A stretch of 34,021 nucleotides of DNA, taken from NCBI GenBank assembly GCA_048884785.1, contig JBHLQM010000011.1, positions 30,473 to 64,493 of the forward strand. The letters are read 5' to 3'. The position numbers were made by a program, and so were the translations under genes. Each line of letters begins with the position of its first letter. The first letter of the stretch is position 1. The notes beneath the pieces are model-generated. The model had not been told where the DNA came from. It ran no database searches and saw nothing but the letters and a program-made list of their open reading frames with translations. Positions 26,494 to 34,021 of the stretch are shown here, piece after piece. This DNA comes from Candidatus Thorarchaeota archaeon. Lineage in GTDB: Archaea; Asgardarchaeota; Thorarchaeia; Thorarchaeales; Thorarchaeaceae.

Positions 26494-27096
26494 TCAATCC
26501 GTTTGGAAAAGGCTCATTCTCGTTGAAGCGACATTTGATGATGAAGCGTCATTTGAAGAGGGAATATTCCCTCGTGTGTTATAGACTGCAACTCCGAGCT
26601 GTTCGAAAAGATTGGCAACATTATCACCAGTTCTTGCGGATGTCATGATAAACTCCGCACCAACCTCCTGAGCAAACACTTGTACCTCATTCCTGGTCAC
26701 TTGATGTATTGGTAGATCCATTTTGTTGGCTGCAATGATCATTGGTACCGAGTGTCCAATGTTCTCTTCAGCCTCTGCAATCCATTTAGGTAGCATAGCA
26801 AATGATTCTCTATTGGTTACATCAAACATCAATACTAGGCCTCTAGCAGATTTATAGAATACCGGCCTAACGAACTTGAACATCTCTTGGCCTCCAAGAT
26901 CCCAGACAATCATTTTGACCACAGTGAGGCCCTCAGGACAATTGATATTTACAGATTGAGTAGAATGCTGAACTCCAACCGTAACTTGATAATCTTCATT
27001 GAAGGTGCCTTTAGAATAACGTCTTACTGCACTGCTTTTGCCAACACCAGCGTCACCTATCACGCATACCTTGTAAATGTACGATGGCGCAGACAT
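26494..27096 (-). CDS. Rab-like small GTPase (Ras superfamily, eukaryotic signature protein)
   Basis: G1 GDAGVGKS, switch I TVGV, G3 WDLGGQE, G4 NKMD, G5 SART; alternative start 27120. Confidence 0.93.
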   Translation of the reverse strand: MSAPSYIYKVCVIGDAGVGKSSAVRRYSKGTFNEDYQVTVGVQHSTQSVNINCPEGLTVVKMIVWDLGGQEMFKFVRPVFYKSARGLVLMFDVTNRESFAMLPKWIAEAEENIGHSVPMIIAANKMDLPIHQVTRNEVQVFAQEVGAEFIMTSARTGDNVANLFEQLGVAVYNTRGNIPSSNDASSSNVASTRMSLFQTD

Positions 27097-27312
27097 AATG
27101 GCACTTTCCGGAATAATCATAGGAAATATTATACTTAAATATAATATCTGATTGTAGTCCCTACTTGATGTTGAGTAAGGAAAAAAAGTGGTCGAACCTA
27201 TTGGCTGTGTTTTGGAAGTGTTGGGTTGGAAAAAAAGCTACACCCAGTACTGCGATTTGCATTCTCAATTGAATTCATAAGGGCTATCAAGAGAAATCTG
27301 GAAGAGGCAACT

Positions 27313-28086
27313 GTGTTGATAGAGGAAGTACCAGCTGGTGAGAGACATAGATTATCACATCTCTTTGCTGAGCAGAAGAACCTTCACCTGATTTGCGAGG
27401 GTATCTTAAGAGAAGGAGTAGGGCAGGCATTCACAGATAATATTCAATCTCCATCTACAGCACTTCTGGCTAGAGGTCCTATTGTCTTCCTATCTGGTGA
27501 CGAAAAGAATCCAGCTGCGTCGGAATTGCTCAATAGAGTGGAGCAGAAACGGCTGATCTTTATACCAGATGATAAATGGAAAACCGCAATAGAGAATCAC
27601 TGGGGGGATAAGCTGCGTACCTACCCCAGAACGAGGTTTTTGTCTGACAATCTTGACATTGAATATATGAGGGAAATCCAAGAGGGAATTCCTGTCGGAA
27701 TGAAAATTAGAAGCGTCACGCGAAATTCGATAGGAAGAATATCAGACCAGGCAAAGGGCATTGTACGGCTCCTGTTTTCCTCACTTGACCAGTTCTTGGA
27801 AACGAATTTTGGTTTCTGTATAGAATCGGGAAAAAGAATCGTATCCTTGGCTCTGGCGGCAACACCAATATACAATGGGCATTTTGAGATACATATCGAA
27901 ACTGATCCAGATCATCAAAAGATGGGGCTAGCTGCCATTGTATGTGCAAAACTCATTGAATATAGTCTAGAGCATGGTTTGACTCCCCACTGGGATGCTG
28001 ATAATCCTCCTTCAGCAAAACTAGCAACGAAGCTCGGATTCTCATCTCCAGAGCAATATAATGCATATTTCTGGATTGACGGATGA
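27313..28086 (+). CDS. GNAT-family N-acetyltransferase
   Basis: FGFCI, EIHIETDPDHQKMGLA (motif A), PHWDADNPPSAKLATKLGF; start probably GTG/TTG 27313-27316, ORF open to 27226. Confidence 0.88.
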   Translation: MLIEEVPAGERHRLSHLFAEQKNLHLICEGILREGVGQAFTDNIQSPSTALLARGPIVFLSGDEKNPAASELLNRVEQKRLIFIPDDKWKTAIENHWGDKLRTYPRTRFLSDNLDIEYMREIQEGIPVGMKIRSVTRNSIGRISDQAKGIVRLLFSSLDQFLETNFGFCIESGKRIVSLALAATPIYNGHFEIHIETDPDHQKMGLAAIVCAKLIEYSLEHGLTPHWDADNPPSAKLATKLGFSSPEQYNAYFWIDG

Positions 28087-28099
28087 TTGGAGAAGTGGG

Positions 28100-29014
28100 C
28101 TATAATCCTGATTTCTTAATAATCTCAGCAAGCTTATCTTTTAGAGGATAGCGATATAGCTTGGCCGGATAGAGAAGATGTGCATGCGCCGATTCAACTC
28201 CTTCCACAGCCAACACCTTGTCAGTGATGGTCTCAATCTCTCGTGGGTGCTCAATGACGAAGACGCTCAATATTATTGGATTTGTAGCGGATACAAAAGA
28301 GTACCAGTATGTGTCAGGAAAATGGTGCTCTAGATTCTCGGCAAGCTGAGAGAATTGGATTTCTTTTTCATTCCATTTGCTTTCTAGAAGGAAGTATACA
28401 TTATCACCCTTATTGACATTCCAGTACACACCAAAATGGACACCTTGGCCTTCATAGAGTTCTTCAAGTGTTCGCCTTACTCTTCGTGCGGTGTAACCAC
28501 TTTTGATCGATATATCTGAGATGGACATTCTGGGGTCATCTAGGAGAGCTTTCAAGACCTTCAATTGTATTCTAGTGAATTCGGTCTTTTTCCCCACCGG
28601 AAGCGGCTGATGGCTTATGATGTGGGTTGCCACATGAGTAACTGAACGAAGTCCGCGAATGAATACAGACATGCTCGATATGTCTTCTGTTCCTGAACAC
28701 TGACCGAAGACGATGTATCCCTGTGGCGTTTCACGGAATGTGGCAATTATGGAAGGATATCCCCCCAAGGCATCAATGAACTCCTCCGGTCGCTCTGACC
28801 CGTCTGTCTGCAAGATACATATGACAAGATTTGAGTTTGCGGCTGCGTATGTCAGCTCAACCACAAAATCCACGATAACGCCCACTTCAATTAGGTTGAT
28901 AATCCTCTTTCGAACTGCGTTAGATGAGATATTCAGCTTATCCGCCAATTCGCGATAGCTCAATCTGCAGTTGCCATCAAGTTCAAACAGAATTTTTTTG
29001 TCAGCAAAATCCAT
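28100..29014 (-). CDS. Tandem (double) Lrp/AsnC-family transcriptional regulator
   Basis: Two HTH units, DFADKKILFELDGNCRLSYRELADKL and QLKVLKALLDDPRMSISDISIKSG, each followed by a RAM-like domain. Confidence 0.85.
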   Translation of the reverse strand: MDFADKKILFELDGNCRLSYRELADKLNISSNAVRKRIINLIEVGVIVDFVVELTYAAANSNLVICILQTDGSERPEEFIDALGGYPSIIATFRETPQGYIVFGQCSGTEDISSMSVFIRGLRSVTHVATHIISHQPLPVGKKTEFTRIQLKVLKALLDDPRMSISDISIKSGYTARRVRRTLEELYEGQGVHFGVYWNVNKGDNVYFLLESKWNEKEIQFSQLAENLEHHFPDTYWYSFVSATNPIILSVFVIEHPREIETITDKVLAVEGVESAHAHLLYPAKLYRYPLKDKLAEIIKKSGL

Positions 29015-29130
29015 AGCGATTACTCTCAGCTGGATACCTAGAACCATGTCAATTGTCCTTTACCGTGAACCCAAAGTAATTGAAGCGTAGAAGCCCCCTA
29101 TAAATCATAGCCATTAATGATTCATGCCTC

Positions 29131-30360
29131 CTATCTTCGTTTTATGGCAAATGCAATTCCAACCAAAACAGCCACTCCGCCACCCGCAGCAACCAACATG
29201 ATTGTTGAGACAGTTACATTCACTATGACTGTATCCACAGCAAAATTGCCACTCAGGTCATACACAATGACTGTATAGTTATACGAACCCATTGTGAGAC
29301 TGTCGAGATTAACTGTAATTGCCCCACCATCCCATTCATCAGTTGCGATGATGATACCATCAGCAAACACTTGATAATGACCGGGTCTCAAATCACTGGG
29401 TGACCAACTGATCATGTTTCCAAGTGTTCCTTCTTGAAATGAAACGTCTTCTGGTGTATCAATACTCGGAGCTATGGTGTCTAGAACCGTGACGGTAACC
29501 TCGTCATAGGTGCTGTTGCCGCCTGCATCAGTATACTCTATCCTGTAGTCGTAGTCACCAACATCAAGACCGTCAACTGACACATTAGCAAAAGTCCACC
29601 CACCGTCCCAAATTCCTGTTAGAATGCTCTCATTATCGCGAAAGACCTCGTAGCCTGTACTACTATCGTCATAGACTTTCCAGCTAATGATATTTCCAGT
29701 AGAGCCGTACTCAACTGTCATATCGGAAGGATGCAAAGTTACTGAGGGAATTCCATCTCTGTATGCGGTGATTACTCCAAAAAGATTGCTTGTAATCCTG
29801 TCATATGCCACTAGATCGAACGAAGCAAGCATGCCATCATGCTTAGTGAAAGCAACATGTACTTCAAAATCCCACTCATCTGCAGTGAAAGTGTAGTTAA
29901 AGCCCCATCTAAACCAGTCATCTATTTCAACCGCAGCTTCTATGGCATAGCCACCACTTCCACCCATTGGATTGAAAATGGTTCTGTTTTCGGTCAATTC
30001 AGATAGGAGAGACCAATTTCCAATCGGAACAGCAGCACTCCAGCTATACAGAATCACAATTATGGTTGTTTCCGCTTCAGTGCCATTCAGCCATCTAGTA
30101 TCAAATTCAAGAGGGGGAAGGTCCAACCACGAGTCTAATGGATCTGGGATCAAAACATCAGTTGTATTGAGTTGTAACGTGAAATCCTCATCATAAATGG
30201 TTAGCTCTTCAGCATCCACCCAATAATAGAAATGATATTTGTAGAGCCTCTCGTTATCAGCAGCCCATTCAAAGCTCTCACTGGTTTCTGCCACAATGGG
30301 TGTGACTAACATCGCAGTCAGAAGCCCAAAGATAGTCATCACTATTACAGCATTCTTCAA
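29131..30360 (-). CDS. Secreted membrane-anchored surface protein with two Ig-like repeats
   Basis: Signal peptide; two ~90-aa repeats (GNxISW...WDGG...V.vD.L..G.Y.Y.....D.gGN...D.V.V.V) at about 29215-29751; C-terminal TM plus KRR; several NxS/T sequons. Confidence 0.85.
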   Translation of the reverse strand: MKNAVIVMTIFGLLTAMLVTPIVAETSESFEWAADNERLYKYHFYYWVDAEELTIYDEDFTLQLNTTDVLIPDPLDSWLDLPPLEFDTRWLNGTEAETTIIVILYSWSAAVPIGNWSLLSELTENRTIFNPMGGSGGYAIEAAVEIDDWFRWGFNYTFTADEWDFEVHVAFTKHDGMLASFDLVAYDRITSNLFGVITAYRDGIPSVTLHPSDMTVEYGSTGNIISWKVYDDSSTGYEVFRDNESILTGIWDGGWTFANVSVDGLDVGDYDYRIEYTDAGGNSTYDEVTVTVLDTIAPSIDTPEDVSFQEGTLGNMISWSPSDLRPGHYQVFADGIIIATDEWDGGAITVNLDSLTMGSYNYTVIVYDLSGNFAVDTVIVNVTVSTIMLVAAGGGVAVLVGIAFAIKRR

Positions 30361-30483
30361 TCAAGGTCCACCTTAGTTCTTTCCAATGCCCATTCCTCTT
30401 GCTGTTATAAGATTAATCCGAGCAAATAGGAACGCTAGATCAAGGAGAAATGGTATCATGTAAAGTAAGGCATTATTCTGTAT

Positions 30484-31023
30484 TCACCTACTTGGAATAA
30501 TGCCTCCAAAAGCAAGGTATGAAAATGAAGTGTTTGCGCACTCTGCAATGCCTTTTTCGCAGATTGATTGGATTCGTTTCTGAAATCTAGAGTATTCTTC
30601 CATCCAGGTTTTTGCATCCTCCTCAGAGAGAATATTGAAAGTGAACACTACACCTGCAGCACTCTCCTTTGGACCTCGGCTATATTCAAGCATCAGGTTT
30701 GATACTACCTGAAGATGAGCAGCGGCCGATTCGATGAAAGCCTTTCTTTTTTGCCCCTCAGGATCTTGAGCAGAATCAATTAGTAGGTCTTCAGAGTAAT
30801 CAGGATTGATCCTGTAGTATTTCACATTTCGCGTATACTTCTCAGAGCCTACTCTTACAGCCAGCACCCGCTCATTGACGAAACGAGTGAGATGATGGGA
30901 AATGGTACTCCTAGACACGTTCACCACATCTTTCAATTCTTCAGCTGTAGCTTCCTTTCTCATTAGCACTTCAATATAGATACGAGCCCTGACAGGATCT
31001 GAGAGAAGTTCTGGTAGTGTCAT
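30484..31023 (-). CDS. ArsR-like winged-helix transcriptional regulator
   Basis: LSDPVRARIY...ATAEEL...VSRSTISHHLTRF...KYYR. Confidence 0.85.
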   Translation of the reverse strand: MTLPELLSDPVRARIYIEVLMRKEATAEELKDVVNVSRSTISHHLTRFVNERVLAVRVGSEKYTRNVKYYRINPDYSEDLLIDSAQDPEGQKRKAFIESAAAHLQVVSNLMLEYSRGPKESAAGVVFTFNILSEEDAKTWMEEYSRFQKRIQSICEKGIAECANTSFSYLAFGGIIPSR

Positions 31024-31072
31024 CCTGATGCCTCATTTTAGTTGGCTACTATGCCTTGCTAGAGGAAGAGGT

Positions 31073-31116
31073 CTTATAAGTTCGACGTATTGGTTATATT
31101 TCGATACTATCGAAAT
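31073..31116. promoter_or_regulatory. Divergent promoter with palindromic TATA-like box and perfect operator palindrome
   Basis: CTTATAAG at 31073-31080, about 50 bp from both start codons; ATTTCGATA-C-TATCGAAAT at 31098-31116. Confidence 0.65.
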
Positions 31117-31133
31117 GTTGCGAGGATATAATA

Positions 31134-32186
31134 ATGCATAATGATAGAGTTGCTGAAATACAGGCAGTGATTGAGGAAATGGCCGATCAAGACAAGTTTT
31201 CGGGATCAGTTCTGATTGCTAAAGGCGAGAAGGTACTTTTTGAGAAAGCCTATGGATATGCCTGCAAGAGGTTCAATGTTAAGAACACAATTGAAACAAT
31301 ATTCAATATCGGGTCATTGAACAAGCAATTCACCAAGATTGCTATCCTTCAACTTCATCAGAAAGGCCTCCTTGAATTTGATGACCTTGTGGGAAAACAT
31401 ATACCAGATTTCAAGGATGAAATAGCCTCAAAGGTTACTATTCGACACTTGCTGACATTCACTTCAGGACTGGGCGATTATTTTGGCGATAGATTCAGAA
31501 ACAGCAACTGGAATCTAAGAACTCTGGATGATTTTGTGGAATTGTTTATTGATGAGCCACTCCAATTTGAGCCGGGAAAAACACGGCTGTATAGTAATGC
31601 AGGCTATGTTGTGTTAGGCAAGATCATCGAAGCTGTGAGTGGACTTGACTACTATGACTACATTAGGAGGAACATCTACGAACCTGCAGGAATGACCCAT
31701 TCAGACCACTACGAATTGGATATGCCAATCCCCAATCTGGCTACTGGTTATACCAGAAAGATGGATTGCTGTCCTGAAGACAGTAATGAAGTAAGGAGAA
31801 ACAATAACTACATAATTGGCACAAGAGGCAGCTCTGCAGGTGGTGGACATTCCACTATTCATGACCTTCACAGATTCGACATCGCATTATCAAATGGAAA
31901 GCTGCTTGACGAAACCCATACTAAGATGGCGATACTACCAATTGGTGCAGACTTAAATTCCTCACCAGGCGCAATTGCGCTTGCCGGAGGAGCACCAGGA
32001 TTGTGTGCGCTATTTCTCAAGTTTTTCAAGGCAGGTTATACTGTATTAATCCTTTCAAATTACGACCCAGAGGATGTAGAACCTCTCTCTGGAGAAGTCC
32101 GTGAGATAATTCTTGGAGAATCCGAAAATGGAATGAAACAAGGCACTTGCGGCAATAAGCAGCAGACTGGAAAGTCATGTACTTAG
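31134..32186 (+). CDS. Serine hydrolase, beta-lactamase class C/PBP family
   Basis: FSGSVL, FNIGSLNK (SxxK), TIRHLLTFTSG, YSN (YxN), SAGG; no signal peptide. Confidence 0.9.
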   Translation: MHNDRVAEIQAVIEEMADQDKFSGSVLIAKGEKVLFEKAYGYACKRFNVKNTIETIFNIGSLNKQFTKIAILQLHQKGLLEFDDLVGKHIPDFKDEIASKVTIRHLLTFTSGLGDYFGDRFRNSNWNLRTLDDFVELFIDEPLQFEPGKTRLYSNAGYVVLGKIIEAVSGLDYYDYIRRNIYEPAGMTHSDHYELDMPIPNLATGYTRKMDCCPEDSNEVRRNNNYIIGTRGSSAGGGHSTIHDLHRFDIALSNGKLLDETHTKMAILPIGADLNSSPGAIALAGGAPGLCALFLKFFKAGYTVLILSNYDPEDVEPLSGEVREIILGESENGMKQGTCGNKQQTGKSCT

Positions 32187-32318
32187 GACGAGAATGAGGA
32201 AGCGGGGCAATTACTCAAATCTAATCTGATGAATTCCATTGGATTGGTCTTAGACATACTACTTATTACACAGTCAACCATTGGTCCGCCTTTGTAGTAA
32301 TTCCTGAGAGGGACAACA

Positions 32319-34021
32319 GTGAGTGTTCTAAAAAGGTTGGATCGAAAAAAACAGCTCCTACTCTTCTCTTTAATCCTGATAGGTTCATCTGCAATTGTAG
32401 CCAATCTGATTCAGACAGACTTTGGTACAATTGATGTAGAGTATGTTAGAATAATAGAGGAGAGTGGACTGGCAGTAACTGGAAAACTGTATCGCCCACT
32501 CACAGCGACAAGTGACAATCAAGCGCCAGCAGTACTGTTGCTTCATGGGATGAACAATGACAAGGATACTGAAGGACCAGCCGCTCTTGAGCTAGCAAAA
32601 AGAGGAATTGTAGCACTTGCGATTGATGAGACAAGCCATGGGGATTCTGACCGCCTAATCGACATATTTGGTTACTTCACAGGAAGCCTGGTTACAACGC
32701 TCGGAGCGAATGCGTCATATCAGTGGCTGAAGGGACTTGCCTTTGTGGATGGTACCAGACTAGGATTGGTTGGCCATTCTATGGGGGCAGGCACAGCAGC
32801 TGCTGTGGCAGCAGCTAATCCTGACCACCGTGCGATAGTGATTCAAGCCGACGGACCATACAATCTCACCACGAACGGCTACATGAATAATTACTTGGCT
32901 GTGTGGTCATTTTATGAAGAGCTCTTTACTACTCAAGCTCGAGCTGATTTCCTTCAGGATAGCCTTGAAATGATTGCCTACAATGAAGGGCTCGGCGATC
33001 CATCTGCAGCGCAAATTGATCACACCTATGGAACATTTGCTGATGGTTCTGCTCACAGATACGCACAATGCCCCTGTACTCATCCAGGGGCTACATGGAA
33101 CTCTAAAGGTATAGCTGAAACAACTGCATGGATGCTTCAAGCTCTAATGGGTCTTGGAGAGTCAGCTGCCATGTCCCTTTCTGCAGAGTCAACGCAGACG
33201 TATATGATTCGGGAGGGTGCTACTCTCTTTGCATTGATTGTGTCAGTGTTATCAGTCGTTCCTTTAGCCAGCATTCTTCTAGAAATTCCATATTTTGCAA
33301 ACGTTGCTAGGCCCGTTCCACAGCGGATTCCAACAACAGGGAAGAAATGGTGGATGTTTGCGTTATTGAATTCGGTCATTGGAGGAGTAACATTTCTGAT
33401 CCTTCCCAGTCTTGGGTTACTAGGGGGAGCTTTTCTAGGTGCAATATTCCCCGTTTTTCTCTTAGTGACTGGGAATGGACTGATTCTTTGGTTCCTTGTA
33501 AACGCGCTAATAGCCTACATCTTCTACAGATTCTGGTTCAAGAGGGAATCTGCAGCAGAAGGTGGGATCACTCATGAAGATGTTGGACGATTTGAATCCT
33601 TCAGAGACCCTGAGAGTCGAGATGTCATCATCAGAACAATAGCTCTCTCAGTGGTACTATTTTCATATCTTTACATCCTGGTCGCAGCTTCACAAGAGTT
33701 CCTTGGAATCGAGTTCAGATATATGTGGCCTGTCTTGAAAGAGTTCACACCGGATAAGTTCGGTCAATTCCTCGTGAATATAATTCCTGTGTTTCCGTTC
33801 TTCCTTATCAACGGAGGTGTGTTTTCCTTTGGTATGATCAGACAACCTGAGGCAGGTTCACAACTCAGGACGCTGCTAATATGGTGGATCAAGATTGTTA
33901 TCGCTATGGAACTGGTCCTTCTCGCAATGATTCTTGTCAATTATCTGCCAATGTTCATCCTAGGAACTGGTCCACTATTGAATATGGGGCTCTATGGTAT
34001 TTTCCTCATGGCATATTTGCC
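32319..34021 (+). CDS. Membrane-bound alpha/beta hydrolase with C-terminal multi-TM domain (3'-truncated)
   Basis: Read manually and absent from the ORF track because it has no stop in the window. GTG start MSVLKRLDRKKQLLLFSLILIG, then LYRP, PAVLLLHG, HGDS, nucleophile elbow GHSMG, then many hydrophobic helices. Confidence 0.85.
   Translation, partial: MSVLKRLDRKKQLLLFSLILIGSSAIVANLIQTDFGTIDVEYVRIIEESGLAVTGKLYRPLTATSDNQAPAVLLLHGMNNDKDTEGPAALELAKRGIVALAIDETSHGDSDRLIDIFGYFTGSLVTTLGANASYQWLKGLAFVDGTRLGLVGHSMGAGTAAAVAAANPDHRAIVIQADGPYNLTTNGYMNNYLAVWSFYEELFTTQARADFLQDSLEMIAYNEGLGDPSAAQIDHTYGTFADGSAHRYAQCPCTHPGATWNSKGIAETTAWMLQALMGLGESAAMSLSAESTQTYMIREGATLFALIVSVLSVVPLASILLEIPYFANVARPVPQRIPTTGKKWWMFALLNSVIGGVTFLILPSLGLLGGAFLGAIFPVFLLVTGNGLILWFLVNALIAYIFYRFWFKRESAAEGGITHEDVGRFESFRDPESRDVIIRTIALSVVLFSYLYILVAASQEFLGIEFRYMWPVLKEFTPDKFGQFLVNIIPVFPFFLINGGVFSFGMIRQPEAGSQLRTLLIWWIKIVIAMELVLLAMILVNYLPMFILGTGPLLNMGLYGIFLMAYL

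Noticed and set aside
414-33577. Numerous short antisense or nested ORFs in the track (for example 10987-11511, 19269-19694, 22984-23421, 32183-33577)
   Set aside because: They are shadows of well-supported genes on the other strand or frame and have no motifs of their own.

Overview
Gene-dense archaeal chromosomal window with roughly 40-45% GC by eye. It most likely comes from an Asgard archaeon, probably Thorarchaeia. This is an inference from a Rab-like small GTPase, a tandem-domain Lrp/AsnC regulator, an Ig-repeat surface protein, a GGR, TATA-like promoters and GGTGA/GGAG SD sites. I found no rRNA, canonical tRNA, CRISPR array or transposase. The most interesting part is the left 10 kb, which looks like a self-contained quinone-linked membrane redox module. 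It holds two PNPOx/split-barrel flavoproteins (one membrane-fused) and menA divergently paired with a long-chain-type polyprenyl synthase. Next comes a 4-gene operon of two FAD oxidases that lack the D-lactate/glycolate dehydrogenase metal ligands, a His-containing 4-TM protein and a 4Fe-4S/CCG protein, headed by a long 5' hairpin. A GGR-family reductase closes the block. The rest holds mutS, mutL, an LLM oxidoreductase, a corrinoid reductive activator (RACE/ASKHA), an ABC exporter, rpe-tal, an amidohydrolase, a methyltransferase, a DMT transporter, a Rab-like GTPase, a GNAT, two regulators and two hydrolases; the last hydrolase is missing from the ORF track. Non-coding oddities are a diverged 74-bp direct repeat around a microprotein gene, a GC-rich three-way junction ending in GCCA, a ~700-bp hairpin-rich gap and several operator-like palindromes. 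All family calls come from motifs recognised by eye; no searches were run.
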